Source: a candidate division WWE3 bacterium RIFOXYC1_FULL_40_10
GTDB taxonomy: Bacteria > Patescibacteriota > WWE3 > UBA101185 > UBA10185
Assembly (NCBI GenBank): GCA_001773215.1
Contig: MEWB01000001.1
Span: 614,099 to 678,098, forward strand
Direction: 5' to 3'
DNA: 64,000 bases
Position numbers and translations under genes: made by a program. The notes below the pieces were generated by a model. It saw only the letters and a list, made by a program, of their open reading frames with translations. It did no database searches and was not told the DNA's origin. Shown piece after piece: positions 50,330 through 60,100 of the stretch (positions are counted from its first letter, which is position 1; each line of letters starts with the position of its first letter).

Positions 50330-51811
50330 ATGGCAACAATTCAAGAATTACGCGAGGTGCGAATTAATAAACTAAATAAACTCATAGAAATGGGATTTAA
50401 TCCCTACCCGCCCTATGCAAATAAAACTGTTATAAACAGCAGGCTCACACAAAACTTTGAAAAATACGAAAATAGCGTACAAACCCTTACCGGAAGATTA
50501 ATGTCGTGGAGGGAACATGGACCCTTATCCTTCGGCGATCTCCAGGATGAATCAGGTAGGATTCAGTTATATATCAAGCAGGATTCCTTGGCAGAAAAAA
50601 ATGTCGAGGAACAACTATTGGGATACGAGGATTTAAATCTACTGGATATAGGAGACTTTTTAGAAGTTACGGGCAAAGTAACTAAAACACAACGAGGTGA
50701 AATTTCCTTGGAGGCGACCCACTTAAAAATTATCGCAAAAGCATTAAGACCTTTACCCGAAAAATGGGACGGCTTAAAGGACGTGGAGGAAAGATACCGA
50801 AAAAGGTATTTAGATTTATTAACAACTCCTGAAACCCGAAGGGTGCTGGATGCACGCTGGAAAATAACATGGGAACTTCGTAAATTCCTAATCGAAAAAG
50901 GGTTTAATGAGGTAGAAACACCAATATTGCAATCTTTGTACGGGGGTACAAATGCAAAGCCGTTTACTACCCATTTTAATGCACTGGACTGCGACTTTTA
51001 TCTAAGAGTAGCACCTGAGCTTTACTTAAAAAGGCTAATTGTCGGAGGTTACGAGAAAGTGTTTGAGATAGCTCGAAATTTTAGAAACGAGGGTATGGAT
51101 CACTCTCATTTCCCTGAGTTTACGATGGTTGAGTGGTACGAGGCGTATGCCGACTACAACAAGGTTATGGACTTAGCCGAAGAACTAGCTAAACACCTGA
51201 TAAGGCAACTTAGCGGAAAGACTGAACTAAGTGTGGGTGAAAATACTATCGAAATAGGAAACACCTGGCGAAGAGTACCGGTTGAGGAGTTGTTGAAAGA
51301 ACACTTGGGAATAGAATGGAACACGGTTTCTGAAACTGAACTAAAAGAGCTTCAAGAAAAATATAAGGTGAAAACCAGAGGTGTGTGGACAAAGAATAAG
51401 GCTCTTTTTGCCATTTTTGATCACGTAATCACAAAAAAGTTGATCGAACCTACATGGGTAATTGATTACCCCATCGAAGTTAGCCCCTTAGCTAAAGCTC
51501 ACAGGTCTAAACCGGGAAGAACCGAGAGATTTGAAGGCTACATTGGAGGCGTGGAAATCTTCGACGGCTGGAGCGAGATAGTGTCGGGTTTAGAACAGAG
51601 ACAAAGGTTTGAAACTGAACAAAATAACATGCGGGAAGGTGATGATGAGGCCATGCCACTTGATGAGGACTTTATTGAAGCACTTGAGCACGGGGCGCCT
51701 CCAATGGGTGGCATCGGCTTTGGTGTCGACAGACTTGTGATGTTTTTAACAAACACTTGGGCAATTAAGGATGTTACAGCTTTTCCGATTTTAAAACCAA
51801 GAAATAATTGA
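50330..51811 (+). CDS. lysS: Lysyl-tRNA synthetase (class II)
   Basis: RYRKRYLDL, GGTNAKPF.TH, APELYLKRL, FRNEG, GFGVDRL. Confidence 0.97.
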   Translation: MATIQELREVRINKLNKLIEMGFNPYPPYANKTVINSRLTQNFEKYENSVQTLTGRLMSWREHGPLSFGDLQDESGRIQLYIKQDSLAEKNVEEQLLGYEDLNLLDIGDFLEVTGKVTKTQRGEISLEATHLKIIAKALRPLPEKWDGLKDVEERYRKRYLDLLTTPETRRVLDARWKITWELRKFLIEKGFNEVETPILQSLYGGTNAKPFTTHFNALDCDFYLRVAPELYLKRLIVGGYEKVFEIARNFRNEGMDHSHFPEFTMVEWYEAYADYNKVMDLAEELAKHLIRQLSGKTELSVGENTIEIGNTWRRVPVEELLKEHLGIEWNTVSETELKELQEKYKVKTRGVWTKNKALFAIFDHVITKKLIEPTWVIDYPIEVSPLAKAHRSKPGRTERFEGYIGGVEIFDGWSEIVSGLEQRQRFETEQNNMREGDDEAMPLDEDFIEALEHGAPPMGGIGFGVDRLVMFLTNTWAIKDVTAFPILKPRNN

Positions 51812-51823
51812 TATCATTAGCCA

Positions 51824-53047
51824 ATGAACGAAGAAGTTGTTGTAGACATTAAAACTGTTGAGGAAAAACTAGCTGATTTACAAAGGAGAAAAAAGAAGTT
51901 CAACAGAATAATGGCTATAGTAAAATTAGTTGGTATATTTTTGATTCTGTTTGTGATTTCTTCCCTGATATACAACAGATATTTTAAAAAAAGTCCTCCT
52001 GCACCTTTTGAACCAAAGGAAGATACCCCAACAACAGAACCTAATGACTTCACAGTTATTACTCCTAAGATTTTTACTGATGATACTCTAAAAATATCAT
52101 TTCAGTACCCCGGAAACGCACAACTTACACCGTTGAATGTTTCAGAAGATAAAAAAATAACAAAGCTGTCCGTTTTATATGATACTTCATGGACAGATGC
52201 ACTTCCCCAAGTTACCGAATCGGCTGTTAACGACGGCTATGCGTTAAAAATAACCAGGTTCGAAACCCAGGTTACCGATATTCAAAATATTGCCAAAACC
52301 AAGCTTAAAAGCCTTCAGGACAAATGTTTCCCCGTAACCGAATACACTAGTCCGCACTTTGAAAAGATCGACAACATTGATTCGATAGCATTTGAGGCTA
52401 ACAAATGCGGGGGAGATTACAAATATATTTATGTACCTCGCTTTTACGCATATTATGAGCTTGAACTCATCGCCAAAGGAGATTTTGGCTATACCGAGAG
52501 ATACTCAAGGACTATGGGTGAAGTTGTGGATTCTCTCAAATTCTTTTCGGAGGATCCACCGGGATGGACCCCATTTATTGTTTTTGATAATGCAAAATAT
52601 CTATTTTCTTTTAAGCATCCGAGATTCGACTCTAACTGCTGTGATGTACCGGGACCAAAGTTTGAAAAAAACTCTCCTACAAATTTAGGCAGTTTAGTGG
52701 ATCCTACTACCAAGATAGATAGCAAGAATTTCGATGGAATCACCTTGTACGCGGATAAAGAGACCGGAAGATCATTCGACCAATATGTGGAAAGACAGAA
52801 AACTTTGTTTAATGACGAGTATGTGATCGTAAAGGGAGAAAATCCTAAAACTTCTCAAGAAGAATTCACTGTTGGAGGGAAGCGCGCGATAAGAATCAAA
52901 GGTTACTCGTGGAAAGGTAATGATTTGATATATTTGGATACTTTGGATAGAGGAGCTGTTATCACTGTTTCGGTAAACAACCTAACAGGTGAAAGCTTTG
53001 AAATAAAGCTAAAAGGCATGTTGGAATCGTTTGAGTTTAGAAACTAA
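51824..53047 (+). CDS. Single-TM exported protein with two PsbP-like domains
   Basis: N-terminal TM; two units of the form F....SF.YP/HP ... IDNI.S/VGGK.A ... DSLKF/ESFEF. Confidence 0.65.
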   Translation: MNEEVVVDIKTVEEKLADLQRRKKKFNRIMAIVKLVGIFLILFVISSLIYNRYFKKSPPAPFEPKEDTPTTEPNDFTVITPKIFTDDTLKISFQYPGNAQLTPLNVSEDKKITKLSVLYDTSWTDALPQVTESAVNDGYALKITRFETQVTDIQNIAKTKLKSLQDKCFPVTEYTSPHFEKIDNIDSIAFEANKCGGDYKYIYVPRFYAYYELELIAKGDFGYTERYSRTMGEVVDSLKFFSEDPPGWTPFIVFDNAKYLFSFKHPRFDSNCCDVPGPKFEKNSPTNLGSLVDPTTKIDSKNFDGITLYADKETGRSFDQYVERQKTLFNDEYVIVKGENPKTSQEEFTVGGKRAIRIKGYSWKGNDLIYLDTLDRGAVITVSVNNLTGESFEIKLKGMLESFEFRN

Positions 53048-53090
53048 ACAATTTCCATATTCGCGAAGAAATTTGCTCGAGTCCATATAG

Positions 53091-53594
53091 TTATTTTGGT
53101 CGCGACATTAAGCCAACATTTTTTGAACTTGCAAAATTAAATTCAACTCTTTGATAAATTACACCATGATCGTCGTAAAATTTCGAGATCTGGTCTATCA
53201 AAGCTTCCCTGCCAAGCTTTCTTGATCGATCCCAAAAGTTACAGCAGGGGATTAAGATAGCAGGCTTAATAAGTGCCGCTTCGGCTACAGCTCTGGTGGC
53301 TTCGTCGGGATGTAAGCCAATTATTAAGTCGAAGGTTGAAGCAAGATCGGAATCAAATACTTCTTGCACAGAAGGAACACCTACTAAGGCAAATCCTCTT
53401 GGATCAACCACTTCAGCTTCGTAGTTGTACTTCTTTCGCAAAATCCTTGTTAGCATCCCCCTTCCTCCCGCCACATCGGCAATGTACCTAACTTTTCTCC
53501 CATAAGTTTGGGCAACAAAATCCGCTAAAACCTCAAACCTTTCGGGGGCGCCATGAAACATGTGACCTTTAGTTTTTCCCTTGAGTGTACTCAT
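53091..53594 (-). CDS. Small SAM-dependent methyltransferase-like protein
   Basis: IADVAGGRG, VVDPR, DLIIGLHPDEAT, IPCC. Confidence 0.75.
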   Translation of the reverse strand: MSTLKGKTKGHMFHGAPERFEVLADFVAQTYGRKVRYIADVAGGRGMLTRILRKKYNYEAEVVDPRGFALVGVPSVQEVFDSDLASTFDLIIGLHPDEATRAVAEAALIKPAILIPCCNFWDRSRKLGREALIDQISKFYDDHGVIYQRVEFNFASSKNVGLMSRPK

Positions 53595-54151
53595 ACCGTT
53601 TCCTCAGCTTTTTTGTTGTAAATAACAATATTTTGGCCCTTAAAATTGAGCTCTGCTTTTCCAATATCAAAGCCCTGTTGCTTGGCGTAATCAACAAGCG
53701 AATCCAGCCAGTTAATACCCTGTTGTGGAATAATCGGCTCTCCTACAACACAACATGGTAGAAGCACAAAATCCTTCCCATATTTTTTGCAGGCATTTAT
53801 GATTTTCATATTCGAACCATGTGCGTGCAATCCGATGAGCAAGTTATAATCTTGAGCCATTTCTTCTTTAAATTTATCCGTAACTCTTGTAACACTCCCT
53901 CTTTCTTTTTTAACAAGCGTTGTCCTCGTCTTCGTTAAGTCTTTAAAGGTTCGGGGTAATTCTTGGTTAAAGGGATCAATAACGACAGCATTCCAGCCGC
54001 TTTTGTTTAATAAATAGGCTAACAGCCCCTTCCCACCACCTACATCCGCGGCTTTACAGGGTTTATAGTTAGTTACCAACCAGTCGTGTAAGAGATGGAA
54101 TCTTTTGCGGTGACTAAGCCTTGGTTTTCTTCTATCTGTTTTTTGCTTCAC
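53591..54151 (-). CDS. Small SAM-dependent methyltransferase-like protein (paralog of the downstream gene)
   Basis: AADVGGGKG, VIDP, LLIGLHAH, LPCC, LNF...N; GTG start at 54151; ATGA overlap with the neighbour. Confidence 0.75.
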   Translation of the reverse strand: MKQKTDRRKPRLSHRKRFHLLHDWLVTNYKPCKAADVGGGKGLLAYLLNKSGWNAVVIDPFNQELPRTFKDLTKTRTTLVKKERGSVTRVTDKFKEEMAQDYNLLIGLHAHGSNMKIINACKKYGKDFVLLPCCVVGEPIIPQQGINWLDSLVDYAKQQGFDIGKAELNFKGQNIVIYNKKAEETV

Positions 54152-54198
54152 GAAGGCATTATAGCAACAAACCAAGCATGTAATTTTGCCAAATTGGA

Positions 54199-55011
54199 TT
54201 ACAAGCCCAATTGCTCAAGTTTAGCAGCAGTCTCGTCGTGAAGCCGTTTCTCGAGTATCTCCTGAGCATTTATTGTAGCCATCTCTTCTTTTCTACTCTC
54301 TTCCCACGCCTCTCTGGCGGCCAGCCTCCTTGGCTCCACAACTTTTTCACCTAATAATCTTAGGAAAACTGGTGCAAAATTCACAAAGACCTTTAATTCA
54401 TCATCCCCACTCATTTGCATGCCATCTACCCTAACTTTAGGTAAAGGTTGGCCAAAATATTCTGGATAATTGACCACTTTGTAAATGTTTTTAAAGGTGT
54501 GCTTGGGACTACTGAGATCTAGTGTGATCCTTACTCCATTATAAACCAGACCAAGCTCCTCAACATTGTCCTCCTCGAGTTTTGAAGTAAAATCAGACGA
54601 CCCATTATATCGCTCCTCAAACTTCTCAACGAACTGCTTCTCAGTGAGAAGGTACCCGGCCATGTTAGCTATCCTCTCCCCATTAAGAACTTGTTTATCA
54701 CTTGGTCGTAAAAACCCAAACTTCTTCCCTCTAAAATAATTCTCAACCAAAGCCATGGTATGTGCAACAGAGACATCCTCTATAAATTTGTCCGCCTTAT
54801 CACCAAACAAACTTTGTAGTTCTCCAATAAGTGCTTGGGGGAAAGCATAGCCACGTTCCTCGAGTGTATATGACTCCGGTGTCAAACCAGTCATTCTGTC
54901 ATGGATATCAGTGTATTGTTCCCCACCAATTTTGGCAGTGCTGGGACTGGTAACGTAAGATATATCAAAAGGGTTTGCTGTGAATTCTTTTTTCATACCT
55001 ATATTTTGCAC
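54199..55011 (-). CDS. Hypothetical protein
   Basis: 270-aa ORF with protein-like composition; no motif recognised. Confidence 0.7.
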   Translation of the reverse strand: MQNIGMKKEFTANPFDISYVTSPSTAKIGGEQYTDIHDRMTGLTPESYTLEERGYAFPQALIGELQSLFGDKADKFIEDVSVAHTMALVENYFRGKKFGFLRPSDKQVLNGERIANMAGYLLTEKQFVEKFEERYNGSSDFTSKLEEDNVEELGLVYNGVRITLDLSSPKHTFKNIYKVVNYPEYFGQPLPKVRVDGMQMSGDDELKVFVNFAPVFLRLLGEKVVEPRRLAAREAWEESRKEEMATINAQEILEKRLHDETAAKLEQLGL

Positions 55012-55035
55012 TCAACCCAAAGAAGTTGTCAACGC

Positions 55036-55491
55036 TCATCTATTCCATGCTATGCAATTTTTAGCAAACTGTTTCAACGAACCGCTTTTTATAATTATTG
55101 CTTCGGGCTCAAAAACAGCGGCATACATATTTACCAGCGATATTACATCCAATAAAGCCCTATAACTAGATAAACCTGACATATCTATGTATATCTTGGT
55201 AAACTTGTTTCCAAGCCTCATAGCCTCTTTGATGTTGAACGCATCAAGCGTTTCAAACCTTATTTCAGGGTATTTTTGCCTTGCAACTTTAATGCAATCC
55301 AAGCTTATATCCGTAGCAATAAGGTTTTTGCATTTTTCATGAATAAGTGTTGAAGTTGTTCCCCACTCACAGCCAATTTCTAGTATTGAATCTAAAGGCT
55401 TCACCCATTTTTCTATTGTTTGCCTAAACTCTTCCACACCTCTTGTGGCTATAAAAAGAGTTTTGAGCTTATACTGATTTTCATTTGCCAT
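55036..55491 (-). CDS. Class I SAM-dependent methyltransferase
   Basis: ILEIGCEWG, ATDIS, RFETLDA, IYIDMSG. Confidence 0.8.
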   Translation of the reverse strand: MANENQYKLKTLFIATRGVEEFRQTIEKWVKPLDSILEIGCEWGTTSTLIHEKCKNLIATDISLDCIKVARQKYPEIRFETLDAFNIKEAMRLGNKFTKIYIDMSGLSSYRALLDVISLVNMYAAVFEPEAIIIKSGSLKQFAKNCIAWNR

Positions 55492-55536
55492 ATAAACACA
55501 CTGCTTGCGCAGCCTTTCTTGTGTGAGTTAGGGAAC

Positions 55537-55711
55537 AAAAAAGCGCCCGAAGCCACACACTAATAAAATACCGAACGGTGTTTTTCTCACTTCGTTCGAA
55601 AAATAATGTATAACTTCTGGCGCTCTAAAGATAGAACTTGCTGAGCTACTCCGCCGTAGGCGAATGACCTCCAGACATTGGTATGCTAACATAGGCGACT
55701 ATATTTAGCAA
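55537..55711 (-). promoter_or_regulatory. Structured leader with intrinsic terminator upstream of the methyltransferase gene
   Basis: TTGCTA-17-TAGCAT promoter (55711-55683); long hairpin AGCGCCAGAAGTTATACAT/GTGTGTGGCTTCGGGCGCT followed by a T-tract. Confidence 0.55.
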
Positions 55712-55731
55712 ATAAAGATCAAAATCTCTTT

Positions 55732-55806
55732 TGGTGACCCCACGGGGAATCGAACCCCGATTTACGGAATGAGAATCCGCCGTCCTAGCCGTTAGACGAT
55801 GGGGCC
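55732..55806 (-). tRNA. tRNA-Glu(CTC)
   Basis: GGCCCCA...GCGGA-TT-CTC-AT-TCCGT...GGTTCGATTCC...TGGGGTC-A-CCA cloverleaf. Confidence 0.96.
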
Positions 55807-55866
55807 ACGCCTCGCCATTCTAACAATAAACAAATCCAACGGCAAGATTACTGTATAATATTATTT

Positions 55867-56286
55867 ATGTTAAGTGATCTCAAAAAGATTCTTTACTTAC
55901 TGCCTGTTGTAGTAGCTTTACTTTTTGCTTCGTATATTTACTTCAACCGCTATCAACCTAAATCCATTCGCCAAGTTGAAGAAGTTAAGGGTAAACACGT
56001 AGGAAGCAAAGAGGAAGAAATTACATATCCACTTGGAGCAAAAAACGTAAGCTACAACGACACTAGCTCCAAAATCCAAGCAACCTTTCAAACTAATAAA
56101 ACTCCTGAAGAGATCATGAGTTTTTACAAAGCAGTTTTAATGGATAAAGACTGGGAGCTGGATTCCGAAGGAGACGAGAATGGGTTTTATATTTCGTATT
56201 ATCGAAAAGACTCTCAACGGATTAAGATATTGGCATCATTCCAAAGTAGTGATGAGGAAACTTTAGTAAGTGTTGAGAAATATTAA
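55867..56286 (+). CDS. Single-TM exported hypothetical protein
   Basis: N-terminal TM; YPLGAK...TPEEIMSFYK..L..KDW pattern. Confidence 0.75.
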   Translation: MLSDLKKILYLLPVVVALLFASYIYFNRYQPKSIRQVEEVKGKHVGSKEEEITYPLGAKNVSYNDTSSKIQATFQTNKTPEEIMSFYKAVLMDKDWELDSEGDENGFYISYYRKDSQRIKILASFQSSDEETLVSVEKY

Positions 56287-58035
56287 CTAGTTATCCTTGG
56301 TTCCAACCAAAAAGATAGCTCTCCAGGGCCGGTAGTTACTTACGAACGTATCTTGGCCTATTATCTCCTCCCCGCGTTTAACAGTTCTTGAAAAGGTTGC
56401 AGTTCCTCCCCATGCAGACCAATCGACCTGCTTAACAGTTCCCTTTGGTAGGGTGGGATCGTCTTGGTATAGCGACGCGGGAGGGGGGCTTTGGTTTGTT
56501 AAAACAGACTCTGAAGTTTCAACTTCCCTACCATCAGGTGTGCCGTAGATACTGAACTTCAACCACTGCTCGGCTTTGTTGTAGTCAGTTTGTACCAAAA
56601 TATAATTTGGCGTGTCATTTTTAAATTGAAAATCTATCGAAGGTTGAAAAATAGTGGCATCAAAACCAGGAGCTCTATCCTGCTCGTAATAGCTAACTCT
56701 ATAATCATGAGGATACCTTGTTACAATCGGCAATCCAGCATCCAAAGCTGCCCTAAACAACGTAGTGGAGGTTTGACAAACTCCCCCTCCCTCACCGAGT
56801 ATTGTTCTTCCCCTGCTTATAATATAGGCAGAATTGTAACCTGTTGCAGCACTAATTTCACCAATGGAATTATTCATCGAGTAGATTTCCCCCGGTGGAA
56901 CCAAAACGCCATTAGTTCTTTCGGCCGCCAAAGTTAAATTGTGAATTCTGGAGGACATTGAACCGTAATAGGTTGAACTGCCTTCTCCCAGCAACGAATA
57001 AATCCCATACTTTGATTTGTCGGTGGGGCCTGATATTACTGTTACCGGAATTTCAACCTGGCTTAAACCGCCAAGATAGGCCTCTTTAAACTGTTCCGAA
57101 AACGCCTTTGTATTAACTTCCAACCCTTTGGAAACTAATTCAAAATCAAGAACCTTTTCCCTATCTACTCTAGTGACTCTTGCCCGGGGAGGATTATTTA
57201 CATCCATCGCAACAGATTGTACAAACAATTCTAGTCGTGGCTCATTTATACCTATTTCCAGCTTATCTCTATTTGTGATATCCAAAAACTCAATTAAATC
57301 CACAGTGGAAAGGGATTTCACATAGTCATTGTATTTCACAGATAACTTATTCATTACAATCCGTTTGATTTGGCTTAATATCTGCTCTACATCTTTTTCC
57401 ACAACTCTTGGAGTTACCTTACTCAAGGGTACCTGTTTTTGCTCGAAATCTAAACCCCCGAAAGAATTCATTACTATCGAATGGAGTTCATCGTTAACCA
57501 CCTTTTTGCCTTCGTTAGACTTAGTTACAACGATAGTATTATTCTCAAAGGCAACTCCGGCATCGACCGCTTGTTTGTTAACGTCCCCTTTTATGAGTGA
57601 ATAATTTCTACTCAGTACATCCTCGTTATAGTCGAAAAACAAATTGATATACAACGGCTTTAAAAACCCAGCCAATTTATCTTTAGAATCGTAAATAATA
57701 TTACCGGTTCGCCCTACTTCGAATGCTCTGGAAATTGAATTATCAACGTCGTATTGAAGGTGGATGTCTTTACCTGCTATTAGATACTTAATATTTCCTT
57801 CGTCGAGAATTAAGTCTGTCTGCGATTCGGCAATCCTTTTTTCTACCAAGGCTTTCGCTTCGGTAAAGTTTTTGCCCCCCACTTTCACCGACCCTATTCT
57901 AACTCCCGGGATAATCCGTTTGGCATAAACAACATGGTAGACTGAAACCAGTACCAAAAAAGCATATAAACAGATTAAGCCTATTCTAATTCTCTTGTTA
58001 GACAGTAATTTAGATAATCGATTCCCGTTTTTCAT
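56287..58035 (-). CDS. VanW-family protein with PG-binding-4 domains
   Basis: RIHNL, GGGVCQTSTTLFRA, RYPH.YRVSYYE, GFDAT, DFQFKNDT. Confidence 0.9.
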   Translation of the reverse strand: MKNGNRLSKLLSNKRIRIGLICLYAFLVLVSVYHVVYAKRIIPGVRIGSVKVGGKNFTEAKALVEKRIAESQTDLILDEGNIKYLIAGKDIHLQYDVDNSISRAFEVGRTGNIIYDSKDKLAGFLKPLYINLFFDYNEDVLSRNYSLIKGDVNKQAVDAGVAFENNTIVVTKSNEGKKVVNDELHSIVMNSFGGLDFEQKQVPLSKVTPRVVEKDVEQILSQIKRIVMNKLSVKYNDYVKSLSTVDLIEFLDITNRDKLEIGINEPRLELFVQSVAMDVNNPPRARVTRVDREKVLDFELVSKGLEVNTKAFSEQFKEAYLGGLSQVEIPVTVISGPTDKSKYGIYSLLGEGSSTYYGSMSSRIHNLTLAAERTNGVLVPPGEIYSMNNSIGEISAATGYNSAYIISRGRTILGEGGGVCQTSTTLFRAALDAGLPIVTRYPHDYRVSYYEQDRAPGFDATIFQPSIDFQFKNDTPNYILVQTDYNKAEQWLKFSIYGTPDGREVETSESVLTNQSPPPASLYQDDPTLPKGTVKQVDWSAWGGTATFSRTVKRGEEIIGQDTFVSNYRPWRAIFLVGTKDN

Positions 58036-58561
58036 TTTTTTCGTGCTTGGGGCTTATTTTTCCAATTAGATATTTTTGTGGCTCCTCCGACATATCGACG
58101 AAATAGTCTGCCACCTCTGTGAGTTTAGATGACACTGTTTGTGAAAAACCGATTACTTCGGTTCTAACACCCTGACTTTTCGCGTATTCGAGCAGTTCGG
58201 TATAATCACCATCGCCTGAAACCAGCACCATTGCGTCGATTTTAGGTATTAGCCTGATCACATCCATACACAATCCAACATCCCAATCTCCTTTTTTGGC
58301 ACCACCGTAAAAAATTTGTAAATCTTTTTGGCGTACTTCAAACCCTATTTTTTCTAATGCAGAAAAGAACTCTTGTTCAGCTCCTACGTCTGCTTTAATA
58401 ACATATGTAAACGCCCTTATAAGCTTTCGGCCTGCTATACCTTCGGCTAGTACTTTTGCAAAATTTACTTTTGTGCCGTAAATGTTTTTAGCAGAGTAAT
58501 ACATGTTTTGTACGTCTATAAAAACTCCTACTTTTTGTTCTTTATGTTGTGAAGATATCAT
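58010..58561 (-). CDS. NYN-domain (LabA/DUF88) protein
   Basis: VFIDVQNM, KGDWDVGL..D, LVSGDGDY. Confidence 0.92.
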   Translation of the reverse strand: MISSQHKEQKVGVFIDVQNMYYSAKNIYGTKVNFAKVLAEGIAGRKLIRAFTYVIKADVGAEQEFFSALEKIGFEVRQKDLQIFYGGAKKGDWDVGLCMDVIRLIPKIDAMVLVSGDGDYTELLEYAKSQGVRTEVIGFSQTVSSKLTEVADYFVDMSEEPQKYLIGKISPKHEKNEKRESII

Positions 58562-58634
58562 TTGTTAATTTTACATCATATTGCGCGAATTAGTAATTTA
58601 AGAGTTTTTGATGATAAAATACTGGGGATTACTT

Positions 58635-58839
58635 TGGGGGATCGTCTAAGTGGGCGCTTGCGCTGCCATTAGACAACCAGCTAATGATATCGTTATAGTT
58701 TAATTGTTCTGATAACTGTATTTCTTTATTGGGGGATCGTCTAAGCGGGCGCTTGCGCTGCCATTAGACAACCAGCTAATGATATCGTTATAGTTTAATT
58801 GTTCTGATAACTGTATTTCTTTATTGGGGGATCGTCTAA
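58635..58839 (+). repeat. Two 95-bp tandem repeats, each starting with the first 15 nt of tRNA-Gln
   Basis: TGGGGGATCGTCTAA at 58635, 58730 and 58825; the two units differ at one position (AAGTGGG vs AAGCGGG). Confidence 0.95.
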
Positions 58840-58898
58840 TGGTAGGACACTGCACTCTGGATGCAGGAATTGGGGTTCGACTCCCTGTCCCCCAGCCA
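58825..58898 (+). tRNA. tRNA-Gln(CTG)
   Basis: TGGGGGA...CTGCA-CT-CTG-GA-TGCAG...GGTTCGACTCC...TCCCCCA-G-CCA. Confidence 0.96.
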
Positions 58899-58933
58899 AG
58901 ATATTATAGGAATTTGCCTACGTAGTTTGGCTT

Positions 58934-59977
58934 TTAGCTCTTGTAAGTTCTAAGAAACCTCCCTATGTCTGAATCTTTTTTAGATTCCAGCTCGATAATA
59001 TATCGAAGGGATTTTCGTGACGACTCAAACCTCCAGTTCATTATTTTATCCGCCTGTTCGTCACCGTAGCGGTTAGCTAAGAAATCCGCAATCGACTTCC
59101 TCGATTCGGAATCTGCGGACAAAAAAGCTCTGTCTATGGTTTCTTGTGTTATGCCACCTTCAATTAAAGTATTCATTATTATCGAAACACCTTCTGTTTC
59201 ATTTTTATAACCAACCACTACACCCCTATTTTCAAATAAACTGTCGCCTCCTTGTATTCCATTGGCTACCTGTTGGGCGTACCACTCCGTAACGCCTTCC
59301 TTAAAAGGTTTGGGCAGGTCGGTTGAAACATCAAGGTCATGTAAAAACTCATGTATTAGAGTAGCCTTTATATTTCTAGCAATAAGTGCCTGCTCCTCAC
59401 TTGTAAGCGATCTAGGTAGCTTCCCACCTTCTTTTTCTATCAACTCCCTTGGTGTATCCCATAACTCCCTTACGACAATAACTTTTTTTTCTGATACATC
59501 CACTTGCATTTCAGTTTTTACAAAAGATCCTGGATATGAGGAAACTGTTGGTCTAGTAAATCCACCCTCGCCTTCTATATCCCTACCTGGATATTGGGTA
59601 GCTCTAAAGAAATCATAGTCTTCGTTGGAAAGTACAAAAACCTTGATTTTGGCTAACGAAAAATCATAGGAGTCCAAATCTGCAAGTTCAAGACCGGGAA
59701 ATAGCCTTTGTAGCTTGTCTTGTGGAATAAATCCGCCTAACATCTTTAATGTATCCCTGAACGATTCTAAGACCAGCTGGGCATGCTTATCTTTATCCAG
59801 AAAACCCGCATGTTTCTCCATCTGAGTAAGGTCTTCCTCTAACATACTGGCTGAGTCAACTTCAATAATTACTTCCCCTCGGTCTTCCGACTCAAAATAG
59901 AGCAAGTGATCGTTTATTGGCTTCGCCTCTAATCCAGTTTTTTCGAAAACTTCCTTTTCCACACCCTCGAACTTCAT
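58934..59977 (-). CDS. Hypothetical protein with zincin-like HExxH motif
   Basis: LIHEFLH followed by FKEGVTEW (gluzincin-type third ligand). Confidence 0.7.
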   Translation of the reverse strand: MKFEGVEKEVFEKTGLEAKPINDHLLYFESEDRGEVIIEVDSASMLEEDLTQMEKHAGFLDKDKHAQLVLESFRDTLKMLGGFIPQDKLQRLFPGLELADLDSYDFSLAKIKVFVLSNEDYDFFRATQYPGRDIEGEGGFTRPTVSSYPGSFVKTEMQVDVSEKKVIVVRELWDTPRELIEKEGGKLPRSLTSEEQALIARNIKATLIHEFLHDLDVSTDLPKPFKEGVTEWYAQQVANGIQGGDSLFENRGVVVGYKNETEGVSIIMNTLIEGGITQETIDRAFLSADSESRKSIADFLANRYGDEQADKIMNWRFESSRKSLRYIIELESKKDSDIGRFLRTYKS

Positions 59978-60100
59978 GAGTTGATTATATATGAAAAGTT
60001 TTAGTTGAAATAGTGAGTACTTTAAGCAAAATACTCAAACTCGTCTACCAGACATGCTTATACTTTGCATTAAAACCATATAGTATAATTCTAAACATGT

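Noticed and set aside
58635-58839. CRISPR array
   Set aside because: The would-be spacers are near-identical, the repeat is a tRNA fragment, and no cas genes are present.
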